Positions 7,390 through 15,890 of a DNA stretch of 26,570 nucleotides are shown here, one piece after another. A model generated the notes under the pieces. That model was not told the origin of the DNA. It saw only the letters and a program-made list of their open reading frames with translations, and searched no databases. Source of the stretch: Candidatus Dormibacteria bacterium (GTDB lineage: Bacteria > Chloroflexota > Dormibacteria > DASZGP01); contig JBPCPW010000102.1 of assembly GCA_050998755.1 (NCBI GenBank), forward strand, positions 1 through 26,570. The letters run 5' to 3'. The translations under genes were made by a program, and so were the position numbers. The first letter of the stretch is position 1. Each line of letters opens with the position of its first letter.

Positions 7390-9099
7390 ATGGACCGGAT
7401 GAACCCGCTTGATGCGTCGTTTCTTGCCATCGAGGACGACAACAACCCGATGCACATCGGCAATGTCTCAATCTTCGAGGGTCCGCCCCCGTCCTACGGC
7501 GACGTGGTCCGTATGGTGGCCAGCAAGCTCCCCCTGGTGCCGCGCTACCGCCAGAAGGTGCGCATGGTCCCATTCCAGCTGGGCCGCCCCGTCTGGGTTG
7601 ACGACCCCCATTTCCAGATCCTCTACCACATCCGCCACACCGCCGTGCCGTCCCCGGGCAGCGACGACCAGCTGCGCAACCTCGCCGGTCGGATCTTTGC
7701 CCAGAACCTCGACCGCAGCAAGCCTCTGTGGGAGATGTGGATCGTCGAGGGATTGAAGGGAGGGCGATGGGGCTTCATATCCAAGGTTCACCACAGCATG
7801 GTGGACGGCGTTTCCGGCACCGACCTGATGACCGTGCTGCTGGACAAGAGCGCCACCGTCGAGCAGCCCGTCATCGAGCCCTTCGATCCACCCAAAGAGC
7901 CGAGCACCTTCGAGGTCCTGGTGGACCTGCTTGCCGACAGCATCGTGCAGCCGGTCGAGGCCATCCGCGGATTACCTGCGCTGGCCCGCTCGCCGCTGCC
8001 GGGAGGGATGTCGTTGGGCGACGCCCGCCGCTCGATTGGCGCCTACCTGGGGATGGTCACCAGCCGCACCGCCGACCTCAACGGCCCCATCGGCCCCCAT
8101 CGTCGATGGAGCTGGGCGAAGTCCTCGCTGGCCGATGTCAAGGCGATCCGTGAGTCGCTCCCCGGCACCGTCAACGACGTCGTGCTGGCGGTGATCACTC
8201 GAGGCTTCAGGGACCTGCTCCTCAGCCGCGGCGAGGAGGTCGAGGGCCGGGTGGTGCGCACCCTGGTGCCGGTCTCGGTCCGCAGCGAGCAGGAGAAGGG
8301 CACCTTCAACAACCGAGTGTCGGGGATGTTCCCGGGACTGCCGGTGGGGATTGACGACCCGGTGGAGCGCCTGCTCGACATCCAGCGCCAGATGCACCAT
8401 CTCAAGGAGAGCAAGATGGCCGCCGGGGCGGACAGCATCATGCAACTGGCGGGTTTCGCGCCGCCGATGCTGCTGGCGATGGGCACCCGACTGGCGGCCC
8501 GCCTGCCGCAGCGCACCCTGAACACCGTCACCACCAACGTGCCCGGGCCACGCTTCCCGCTGTACATCGCCGGGCGGCAGATGCTCGAGGCCTACCCGTT
8601 CGTTCCCATCGAGGGCAATGTGCGAATCGCCATCGCGATCTTCTCGTACATGGGCGGCTTGAACTACGGCATCACCGCGGACTACGACACCACCTCGGAC
8701 ATCAGCGTGCTGGCCGACGGGATCGAGGACGGAATGCAGGAATATCTCCAGATCGCGCGTAAGCGCACGACCTCGATGGCCGGCAACGCGTCCGCGCGGG
8801 CGGGTGCAGAGGCCGCCGGCAAACGCGCGGCAGCGCGGTCTGGTAGTGGCGGCAATGCCGGCGGCACCAGGGCCAGGACCGCGGCCGCCAAGCCCGTGGC
8901 GCCACGAGGCAAGCGGGCTCGATCGGCCACACCCGGCAGCGGAACCCTGATGGAGGTGGTGACCACCGCCGCCGCGGGCACCAACGGCCACTCGGTTGCC
9001 TCCGCCAGCGCTCACCCCAACGGCGCGGACAAAATAAAGGCCGCGCGGACGGCCCGGGCCAAGCCGGCTTCGCGCCGCAAGCGCGCCACCCGGAAGTAG
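7390..9099 (+). CDS. wax ester synthase / diacylglycerol acyltransferase (WS/DGAT) with ~110 aa basic Ala/Arg/Lys-rich C-terminal extension
   Basis: The catalytic motif HHSMVDGVSG (HHxxxDG) is present. The N-terminus MDRMNPLDASFLAIEDDNNPMHIG is typical of the family, and NVPGPRFPLY is a C-terminal domain motif. ATG at 7390 is preferred over GTG at 7384 because of GGGAGG 7 nt upstream. Confidence 0.9.
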   Translation: MDRMNPLDASFLAIEDDNNPMHIGNVSIFEGPPPSYGDVVRMVASKLPLVPRYRQKVRMVPFQLGRPVWVDDPHFQILYHIRHTAVPSPGSDDQLRNLAGRIFAQNLDRSKPLWEMWIVEGLKGGRWGFISKVHHSMVDGVSGTDLMTVLLDKSATVEQPVIEPFDPPKEPSTFEVLVDLLADSIVQPVEAIRGLPALARSPLPGGMSLGDARRSIGAYLGMVTSRTADLNGPIGPHRRWSWAKSSLADVKAIRESLPGTVNDVVLAVITRGFRDLLLSRGEEVEGRVVRTLVPVSVRSEQEKGTFNNRVSGMFPGLPVGIDDPVERLLDIQRQMHHLKESKMAAGADSIMQLAGFAPPMLLAMGTRLAARLPQRTLNTVTTNVPGPRFPLYIAGRQMLEAYPFVPIEGNVRIAIAIFSYMGGLNYGITADYDTTSDISVLADGIEDGMQEYLQIARKRTTSMAGNASARAGAEAAGKRAAARSGSGGNAGGTRARTAAAKPVAPRGKRARSATPGSGTLMEVVTTAAAGTNGHSVASASAHPNGADKIKAARTARAKPASRRKRATRK

Positions 9100-9114
9100 C
9101 GCCAGGCCCTGGCG
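9100..9114 (+). terminator. GC hairpin CGCCAGG-C-CCTGGCG immediately after the WS/DGAT stop
   Basis: A perfect 7-nt inverted repeat lies at 9100-9106 and 9108-9114. No U-tract follows, so it may be a terminator or part of the downstream leader structure. Confidence 0.3.
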
Positions 9115-9117
9115 GGG

Positions 9118-9284
9118 ATCCACCGATTCCGGCTTAGCCCCCCTGACGGAGCGAGTTCGCTGAGGTAGGATCGCCGGGCGCCCTGAGGCTGTGAGGACGG
9201 CCCCCCCGAGGGGAGGATGCGGGCGCAAAACCACTTCAACGAGGGACCTGAACACTGCCACTTACTCGTGCAGCAATTGCTGTT
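9118..9284 (+). promoter_or_regulatory. structured 5' leader, candidate ydaO-type cyclic-di-AMP riboswitch
   Basis: The ~185 nt non-coding gap lies before a secreted cell-wall transglycosylase. It contains CCGAUUCC, ACGGAG, GAGGUAGGAUC and ACACUGCCACUUACUCGUG in the same order as the remembered ydaO blocks CCGAAUCC, ACGGAGG, GGGGUxAAUC and ACAGCUAACxUCGU. The match is imperfect. Confidence 0.35.
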
Positions 9285-10235
9285 GTGCTTGCCATGTCGA
9301 CGGCCGCCCTGGGGGCGCCCGTGAGCGCCGACAGCAACCTCTCCGCCCTGCTGGCGCAGCGGGCGGCGCTGCAGGTCCAGGTGGGGCAACTCGGATCTGA
9401 CCAGGCCAGCGCTGTCGAGCAGTTGCAGCTGCTCCAGGACCGGCTCGCCGGGCTGCGGCGCCAGGTGTCGCGCAACCAGTCCCAGCTGGGCACCCTCGAG
9501 GCGCGCCACGAGGCGCTCAACTCGCGGATTGTCGAAACCCAGCGCAGCATCGCCGTGCAACGCCTGACCCTGGGGCATTTTGCCCGCCAGCAGTACAAAA
9601 CGCGCACCGACATGGCGCCCGACCAGCTTCTCTTTGGGTCCTCCAACTTCAACCAGGCGCTGAATCGCGTCGTCCAGGCCCGTGCGGTGAGCGACCGGGC
9701 CTACACGTTGGTGGTCGACCTGCGGGCCGCCGAGAGTGCTTTGACGGCCCAAACCGAGCAACTGGCGCAGGAGCAGTCCGCCCTGAAGCAGGCCCGGGCG
9801 CAGCTCACCGCACAGCGGTCGGTGCTGCTCGCCTCCGCCGCCGACTACCAGTCACAGGTCCAGTCGCTGAACGCCTCCTCGTCGTCCCTGCTGGGGCGGA
9901 TTGGCGAGCTGAACAAGGAGATCGCCGCCGCCAGCGTGGTGAACAGGCCGCATGGGGGGTACAGCCCGAGCCAGCAGCAGGTGGCCGCGATCATTCGCGC
10001 GGCGGCGGGGCGCTACAACCAGGACGGCGACCGGATGGTGCGGGTGGCAACCTGCGAATCCAGCCTCAATCCCCGCGCGTATGACGCGGGCTCAGGTGCC
10101 AGCGGCCTCTTCCAGTTCATGCCGGCGACCTTTTACGGGCACGGCGGGCACGACATCTGGGATGCCGCCGACCAGTCCAATGTCGCGGCCCGAATGTTCA
10201 GCCAGGGCGACGCACAACAATGGACGTGCAGCTAG
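9285..10235 (+). CDS. secreted coiled-coil protein with C-terminal SLT-type lytic transglycosylase domain
   Basis: The 316 aa ORF has a signal-like start MLAMSTAALGAPVSA. The frame is open back to 9252, with only a CTG as an alternative start. Long Gln/Leu/Ala heptad regions follow, and the C-terminus reads VATCESSLNPRAYDAGSGASGLFQFMPATF (E-S catalytic motif, GLFQF). Confidence 0.8.
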   Translation: MLAMSTAALGAPVSADSNLSALLAQRAALQVQVGQLGSDQASAVEQLQLLQDRLAGLRRQVSRNQSQLGTLEARHEALNSRIVETQRSIAVQRLTLGHFARQQYKTRTDMAPDQLLFGSSNFNQALNRVVQARAVSDRAYTLVVDLRAAESALTAQTEQLAQEQSALKQARAQLTAQRSVLLASAADYQSQVQSLNASSSSLLGRIGELNKEIAAASVVNRPHGGYSPSQQQVAAIIRAAAGRYNQDGDRMVRVATCESSLNPRAYDAGSGASGLFQFMPATFYGHGGHDIWDAADQSNVAARMFSQGDAQQWTCS

Positions 10236-10248
10236 TCGCTAGACAGCC

Positions 10249-10454
10249 TCAGTTCGTCTCCAGCCCACAGAAGATCGAGATGGTCACCCCGAGCGCCCCG
10301 TACACGGTGGCTGCGGCGCTGGCATCCGCCCCCGTTTGGGGATGAAGGTGCCCATCATCTCGGTGGGAAAGGGCACCAGGACAATCGCCAGCAAAAGGAG
10401 GAGGTTGAGCATCAGCAGCCCAAGGTCCACCCGCGCAATTCGTCCTACCCTTGT
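10249..10454 (-). pseudogene. 3' remnant of a DUF1211/TMEM175-family membrane protein, frameshifted and 5'-truncated
   Basis: My own translation gives RIARVDLGLLMLNLLLLLAIVLVPFPTEMMGTFIPKRG. The LN(L)...PFPT helix is typical of DUF1211. Reading then continues in the frame of the 69 aa ORF as AAATVYGALGVTISIFCGLETN-stop. There is no N-terminal half, because the ABC exporter stop at 10455 abuts it. Confidence 0.4.
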
Positions 10455-12467
10455 TCACCCTCGCATCGCGGGCTCGGTCATACCCGCCACCGCCACCTCG
10501 TCCACGGGTTCTCCGGTATAGGCGCTGGCCTGCATCCGGAACAGGCTCGCGTAGCGGCCGTCGAGGCGGATCAGCTCCGCGTGGGTGCCCTCCTCGACCA
10601 GTGCGCCCTGCTCCAGGAAGAGGATGCGGTCTGCCCGCCGGACGGTCGAGAAGCGGTGCGAGATGTAGACCGCCGTTCGGCCGCGGGTGAGCGACTGCAG
10701 CCGCTCGAAGAGCTCGAACTCGGCCTGCGCATCGAGGGCAGATGTCGGCTCATCCAGCACCAGGATTGGGACGTCACGCATGAAGGCGCGGGAGAGGGCC
10801 ACCTTCTGCCACTCGCCGCCGGACAGGTTGACGCCCTCGTCGAACCACTTGCCGAGCATGGTCTCCCAGTCGCTCGGCAGCTTCTTGACCAGCTCGTCCG
10901 CGCCCCCACGCTGCGCGGCAAGCTCGATCGCCGGGGCATCCTCGAGGTCAATTAACGAGCCCAGCCCTATGTTTTCTCTTGCGGTTGCCTGGTAGGTCAC
11001 ATAGTCCTGGAACATCGCACCCACCTGGGCGCGGAGTTCGTCGGGATCGAACTCCCGGATGTCGATGCCGTCCAGCAGGATTCGGCCGTTGCTGGGGTCG
11101 TACAGGCGGCACAGCAATTTGATCAGCGTGGTCTTGCCGGCCCCGTTACGTCCGACTATCGCCACCGTCTCGCCGGCCGCGATCTTAAAGCTCAGGTTGT
11201 GGATCGCCTGGCCCTGCTGGCCCGGGTAGTTGAAGGAGACATCGTGGAACTCGATCTCGCCGCGCAGAGGTTGCGGCATCGGTCGCGGATGCTCAGGCCT
11301 GGTGACGGCGGTCGGCGTCTCCATCAGGGTGAACAGGTTGCCGAGATAGAGGTTGTGCTCGTACATCGAGCTGAAGCCGCTCAGCAGGTTGGAGATGGAG
11401 TTCTGCACCGCGCTGGCGGCAGAGGTGTACAGGCTGAGGTCGCCCAACGTAAGCCGCCCGGCGACCGCCAGCAGGGCAACATAGAGGTAGGTGATCGAGC
11501 CGGCGATGGTGGTCAGGATTCCCCACGCGTAACCGGCGATGTAGCGGCGCATGATCTGCCCGCGCTGCCGCTCGTAGTAGGTGTCCGACAGCAGCCCATA
11601 GCGCTTGATGAAGTACGTGCCGAGGCCGAACAGCTTGACCTCCTTGGCATAGGTGTCGGTGGTCACCAGCTGCACCAGGTAGTTCATCCGGCGCAGCAGC
11701 CGAGAGTTCCAGCGCGCGATGCGGTAGCCCCACCAGCTATAGCGGGTATCGGCGATGAACGCGGGGATGGGGGAGACGAGTGCGATCACGGCCAGCAAGG
11801 GACTGACGCCCAGCAGCAGCGCGATCATCGACACGAAGGTGATCGCCGTCTGCATCAGCCCGAAGGTCCCCGAGATCATCTGCACCGGGCGGTTGCGAGA
11901 GTCCTCCTGGGCGCGGCGCAGCAGGTCGTACGAGGCGGGGTCCTCGAAGAATGGCAGGTCGAGCGCGGCGGCGTGGTCCATGACCATCAGCTGGATGCGG
12001 ATCTGGACCCGCTCCTGCAGCAACTGCTGGCTGATGTTGCGCAGAGTGCCCATCAGCGAGCTGATCGCCGCGATCAGCAGCGACACAACGGCCAGCATCA
12101 CGACCACGCCGACCGAGGTCATGAAGGGGGTGTGGATGCCGAGGGGAAGGTCCAGCCGGGTGACGTCGGGCCGGTGGATGGCGCGGATCTTGATTGCTTC
12201 CACGACGGCATTGATCAGCAGCTTCCCCATGTAGGCGGTGAGAGCGGGCAGGATGCCGGTGACAACGGTCACGATCGCCAGTGTCAGCGTCGCCTGGGGG
12301 CTCGCCTCCCAGACCAGTCGGAAGACTCGCGGCATCGCCATCAAGGTGCCCCGGACGGAGTCCCGGATCACCTTCCAGCGTTCGCCGAGGTTCTTGGGCT
12401 CCTCCTTCTTGGGCGCCTCCTCCACGTTGGGGGAGCCGCTGAGACCTGACTTTGAGGTGTCTGCCAT
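10455..12467 (-). CDS. fused permease/ATPase ABC exporter (type I exporter fold)
   Basis: The 670 aa ORF has six predicted TM helices in the N-terminal half. ATPase motifs are Walker A GRNGAGKTT, signature LSGGEWQKVALSRA and Walker [20 protein letters not shown] lies just upstream of the ATG. Confidence 0.9.
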   Translation of the reverse strand: MADTSKSGLSGSPNVEEAPKKEEPKNLGERWKVIRDSVRGTLMAMPRVFRLVWEASPQATLTLAIVTVVTGILPALTAYMGKLLINAVVEAIKIRAIHRPDVTRLDLPLGIHTPFMTSVGVVVMLAVVSLLIAAISSLMGTLRNISQQLLQERVQIRIQLMVMDHAAALDLPFFEDPASYDLLRRAQEDSRNRPVQMISGTFGLMQTAITFVSMIALLLGVSPLLAVIALVSPIPAFIADTRYSWWGYRIARWNSRLLRRMNYLVQLVTTDTYAKEVKLFGLGTYFIKRYGLLSDTYYERQRGQIMRRYIAGYAWGILTTIAGSITYLYVALLAVAGRLTLGDLSLYTSAASAVQNSISNLLSGFSSMYEHNLYLGNLFTLMETPTAVTRPEHPRPMPQPLRGEIEFHDVSFNYPGQQGQAIHNLSFKIAAGETVAIVGRNGAGKTTLIKLLCRLYDPSNGRILLDGIDIREFDPDELRAQVGAMFQDYVTYQATARENIGLGSLIDLEDAPAIELAAQRGGADELVKKLPSDWETMLGKWFDEGVNLSGGEWQKVALSRAFMRDVPILVLDEPTSALDAQAEFELFERLQSLTRGRTAVYISHRFSTVRRADRILFLEQGALVEEGTHAELIRLDGRYASLFRMQASAYTGEPVDEVAVAGMTEPAMRG

Positions 12468-12548
12468 GACCTCCTTTCAACTAGCTCACATGCCCGCGTA
12501 TTGCGCAACACCGGGGCTACCCGAGCCAGGGGGGGCCGGGGTCCGCGC

Positions 12549-13217
12549 CTAACCCCCCTGGTTGGCCAGGTAGAGCAGCGTGGCCTTGACTCGGCGGTGG
12601 ATCGCGGGGTCCTCGCTGAGCTCGAGCTTGGAGAAGATCGAGTTGATGTGCTTCTCGACCGCCCGCTCCGTCAGGAACAGCGCGGCGGCGATGGCGGCAT
12701 TGTTCTTGCCCTGCGCGACCTGGCCCAGAACCTCGAGCTCCCGCGGTGTCAGTGATGCCACCGGCGAGTCGGCGGATCGAGCCCGTGCCTGGACCAGCGC
12801 CTCGACCACCGAGGAATCGATCACCGACCCCCCTCGCGCCACCTCCCTGATCGCGTTCTCCAGTTGGCCGGCATCCGACAGCCGCTCCTTCAACAGGTAA
12901 GCGCGCCCTGCCGCGCCCTTGTCCAGCAGTGTCAGCGCGTATTCCGCCTCGGCGTATTGGCTAAGCACCACCACCCCAGAATCGGGCAGCACGGTTCGTA
13001 CGTGGTCGGCCGCCCTGAGGCCCTCGTCGGTCCCTGTGGGAGGCATGCGGATGTCGGTGAGCAGCACGTCCGGGCGCTGCTCATCGATGGCCTTGATCAG
13101 CGAGTCATAGTCCTCGCAGACCGCCACCAGCTCGATGCCATCAAGCTCTGCCAGCAGCTGGCGCTCGCCTTCGCGAACCAGGTAGTTGTCCTCGGCGAGG
13201 ACGATGCGAATTGGCAT
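12549..13217 (-). CDS. NarL/FixJ (LuxR-type HTH) response regulator
   Basis: The receiver reads IRIVLAEDNYLVREG ... DVLLTDIRMP. The C-terminal GerE-type HTH reads LTPRELEVLGQVAQGKNNAAIAAALFLTERAVEKHINSIFSKL. Confidence 0.9.
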   Translation of the reverse strand: MPIRIVLAEDNYLVREGERQLLAELDGIELVAVCEDYDSLIKAIDEQRPDVLLTDIRMPPTGTDEGLRAADHVRTVLPDSGVVVLSQYAEAEYALTLLDKGAAGRAYLLKERLSDAGQLENAIREVARGGSVIDSSVVEALVQARARSADSPVASLTPRELEVLGQVAQGKNNAAIAAALFLTERAVEKHINSIFSKLELSEDPAIHRRVKATLLYLANQGG

Positions 13218-13323
13218 GACGCCGAAGAGGATATGTTGCGGGCAGCCACCCCGTCGATCAGTGGTGGGAGCACCCTTGGCCTAATCCAGCCATGCCGCTA
13301 CCCTGATAGCAGGAAATAGCGAT

Positions 13324-13701
13324 ATGAACATCCAGGTCCTGATCGTCGACGACCAACCCCCATTCCGCGCGGCCGCGCACGCCGTCGTAGATCTGACGGA
13401 CGGGTTTGAGGTTGTCGGTGAGGCCGAGACCGGCGAGGACAGCGTGACCATGTGCCGGACGCTGAAGCCCGACCTGGTGCTTATGGACGTCAACCTGCCG
13501 GGTATCGATGGCCTGGAGGCAACCCGGCAGATCCTCGCCGAGCAGAACCCGGTCGTCGTGCTTGTGCTCTCGACCTACGAGGCGGCGGAGTACGAGCCGA
13601 GGGCCAGCGCAGCCGGGGCCGCTGCCTATATCCAGAAGTCGGACTTCGGTCCGGACGAGCTGACCCACGCGTGGGAGGTGGCTCGAAAGGCCATCGCCTG
13701 A
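13324..13701 (+). CDS. single-domain (CheY-like) response regulator receiver protein
   Basis: The 125 aa ORF reads IQVLIVDDQPPFR ... DLVLMDVNLPGIDGLEA ... YIQKSDF, and has no output domain. Confidence 0.85.
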   Translation: MNIQVLIVDDQPPFRAAAHAVVDLTDGFEVVGEAETGEDSVTMCRTLKPDLVLMDVNLPGIDGLEATRQILAEQNPVVVLVLSTYEAAEYEPRASAAGAAAYIQKSDFGPDELTHAWEVARKAIA

Positions 13702-13732
13702 TCGCCTCAGCGGGCGGCTACCGGATCACGGC

Positions 13733-14590
13733 TCAGTCGATGCGGTAGACCACCCCACCAGTGCCCGTCCCGGTGTGAGCCGCGATTACCGGCCCAATCT
13801 GAAGCCGGGTTATCTCGCCCTCGGCGTAGGGCCTGACCCGCTCTTCGAACTCTGCCAGGAGGGCGTCGTCGTTGGCGGCCGCGACGTAGACCCTGGCTTT
13901 CTTACCCTTTTCGTCAACCTTCCCCTTGAGCCGGTCAACGATTGCCTCGCGGGCCTTGACGCTGGTCCTCACCCGCGACTGCACATTCACCTCACCGTCG
14001 GTCATGGTCAGGATGGGACGGATCTGCAGCAGGCCGCCGAGCATCGCCGCGGCGGGCCCGATCCGGCCGCCGGCGCGGAGTGCGACGAGGTCGGGAACGG
14101 TGAACAGGAGCTCCTGGTTGCGCATCACCCGGGCGGCCTCGGTCGCGGCCTCGTCGCGCGTGCCCCCGGCCTCCAGTACCGCGGTGGCGCTCATCACCTG
14201 GTCCGCCAGCAGCGCCGACATGGCTTCACTGTCCTGCACCTTGACGTCGGCTTTGGACATCTCCACGGCCGAGGTCGCCGAACTGTGGGTGCCGCTCATC
14301 CGTGCCGACATCGTCAGGCAGAGCACGTCGCGGCCGTCAGCCAGCGCCTGATCGAACACCGCGGCGAAGGCACCGGGCGATGGTTGTGAGGTACTCGGTG
14401 GCTTGTCGGCTTTCGCCATCCGCTCGAAGAACTGGTGGTTGTCGATGTCCTGGCGATCGGTGAAGGTCTCCATCCCAAAGGTCACCGCCAGTGGCACCAG
14501 GACCACACCGTGGGCATCCAGCCACTCCTGCGAGAGATCGCACCCCGAGTCGGTCACCAGCAGGGTCTGGCTCTTCTTGTCCGGCGTCAC
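13733..14590 (-). CDS. DegV-family fatty-acid-binding protein
   Basis: The 285 aa ORF has a GTG start. LLVTDSGCDLSQEWLDAHGVVLVPLAVTFG and PSTSQPSPGAF are characteristic of DegV. Confidence 0.85.
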   Translation of the reverse strand: MTPDKKSQTLLVTDSGCDLSQEWLDAHGVVLVPLAVTFGMETFTDRQDIDNHQFFERMAKADKPPSTSQPSPGAFAAVFDQALADGRDVLCLTMSARMSGTHSSATSAVEMSKADVKVQDSEAMSALLADQVMSATAVLEAGGTRDEAATEAARVMRNQELLFTVPDLVALRAGGRIGPAAAMLGGLLQIRPILTMTDGEVNVQSRVRTSVKAREAIVDRLKGKVDEKGKKARVYVAAANDDALLAEFEERVRPYAEGEITRLQIGPVIAAHTGTGTGGVVYRID

Positions 14591-14671
14591 TTCTCAAAAC
14601 TCATGCGGCCCAGTATGTCACCGGCGCAGAGGTTAGCCACGGGATGATCCACTGGCACCCTCGGCGGCGCA

Positions 14672-14677
14672 TACATT
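14672..14677 (+). promoter_or_regulatory. candidate -10 hexamer TACATT placed for a leaderless transcript
   Basis: TACATT at 14672-14677 ends 6 nt before the A of ATG 14683. This matches the TANNNT-N6-start geometry of actinobacterial leaderless genes. Confidence 0.35.
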
Positions 14678-14682
14678 TAGGC

Positions 14683-15075
14683 ATGGACCGCCTGCGTTTC
14701 GCCCGTCTGCTCCCGGCCTTTGCCGGCGCCTATGTCGTGCTCAACCTGCTCCATGTCGCCGACCATGTTCGCCAGGGCCGGGCCCTCGCCCCGCAGGTGA
14801 CCGGCCCCGGCACCGCGGTGCTGTTGGTTGGGGTGCTCCTGTTCGTGGTGGCCTGGCGGCGGCACCCCATCGCGCCGTACCTCGGTCTGGCCTTTGGCCT
14901 GGTCACCGCTGTCGGCCTGGTTGCCGTCCACCTGATCCCGCCGTGGGGCGCCTACAGCGACTCCTACCTGCCACTGCACCTCGACGCAGTGTCATGGCTC
15001 AGCGTGCTCACCCTGTTTGCGGCGGGCGTGGCGATCGCCGTGAGCTCGACGCTTCAGGTCTCGAAGGCCCGCTGA
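14683..15075 (+). CDS. hypothetical four-helix integral membrane protein
   Basis: An internal ATG of ORF 14491..15075 gives MDRLRFARLLPAFAGAYVVLNLLHVADH..., which has four hydrophobic segments. The upstream part of the ORF overlaps DegV antisense. I recognise no family. Confidence 0.55.
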   Translation: MDRLRFARLLPAFAGAYVVLNLLHVADHVRQGRALAPQVTGPGTAVLLVGVLLFVVAWRRHPIAPYLGLAFGLVTAVGLVAVHLIPPWGAYSDSYLPLHLDAVSWLSVLTLFAAGVAIAVSSTLQVSKAR

Positions 15076-15101
15076 GCCGGCCCGGGGCGCCGGGCGGCGC
15101 C

Positions 15102-15890
15102 TCACAGGATCTTGGATAGGAACTGCTGGGTTCGTTGGTGCTGGGGATCCTCGAAGAACCGCGACGGCGGGGCATCCTCGACGATCACCCCACCGTCGAT
15201 CAGCACCGCCCGGTCGGCCACCTCACGGGCGAACCCCACCTCGTGGGTCACGCAGACCATGGTCATGCGGTTGACGGTGGCCAGGCGCTTCATCGTCTCC
15301 AGTACCTCGCCCACCAGTTCCGGGTCCAGTGCCGAGGTCGGTTCGTCAAAGAGCATGACCCTGGGATCCATGGCCAGCGCGCGGGCGATGGCGACGCGCT
15401 GCTGCTGACCTCCTGACAGTCGCGCGGGGTACTCGTCAGCCTTCTCGGGCAGCCCAACCGACTCCAACAGCTCGTGGGCGCGCGCCGTCGCGGCGTCCCG
15501 AGAGACGCCGCGGACCATCATCGGCGCGAGCGTTATGTTGTCGATCACGCGCATGTGGGGGAACAAGTTGAAGCGCTGAAACACCATCCCCACATCCGCC
15601 CGCTGACGGGCAATTACCGCGGCGGATTCCTCTCGCAACTTGCCGCTGGCGCCCACCCGGTAGCCGATGGGGCGGCCGTTGACCTCGATGGTCCCGCTCT
15701 CGATCTTCTCCAGGTGGTTGAGGCAGCGCAGAAAGGTCGACTTGCCGCCGCCGGACGGACCGAGGATCACCACCACCTGGCCCTGCATGACGTCAAGGCT
15801 TACGCCCTTCAGTACCTCCAGGCGTCCGAATCGCTTGTGCACGTCGACGGCGTGGACGATGGGACCGTCGGGTGCGACCTCAGTGGCCAC
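15102..15890 (-). CDS. polar amino-acid ABC transporter ATP-binding protein
   Basis: GTG at 15890 overlaps the permease stop (GTGGCCACTGA). Motifs are Walker [10 protein letters not shown], signature [15 protein letters not shown] and Walker [12 protein letters not shown]. Confidence 0.9.
   Translation of the reverse strand: MATEVAPDGPIVHAVDVHKRFGRLEVLKGVSLDVMQGQVVVILGPSGGGKSTFLRCLNHLEKIESGTIEVNGRPIGYRVGASGKLREESAAVIARQRADVGMVFQRFNLFPHMRVIDNITLAPMMVRGVSRDAATARAHELLESVGLPEKADEYPARLSGGQQQRVAIARALAMDPRVMLFDEPTSALDPELVGEVLETMKRLATVNRMTMVCVTHEVGFAREVADRAVLIDGGVIVEDAPPSRFFEDPQHQRTQQFLSKIL

Noticed and set aside
7972-9261. 429 aa ORF on the minus strand
   Set aside because: It lies entirely antisense to the well-supported WS/DGAT gene. 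Its composition is dominated by Arg/Gly/Ala/Pro with no motifs. It is a typical shadow ORF of GC-rich DNA.
10249-10458. 69 aa ORF as an intact small gene
   Set aside because: Only its last ~22 residues look protein-like. The adjacent frame carries a DUF1211 helix, so the region is better explained as a frameshifted remnant.
11199-12449. 416 aa ORF on the plus strand
   Set aside because: It is antisense to the ABC exporter, whose Walker and signature motifs fix the true frame. The product is low-complexity and rich in Arg/Gly/Asp/His.
13258-13668. 136 aa minus-strand ORF
   Set aside because: It is antisense to the single-domain response regulator, whose receiver motifs are unambiguous.
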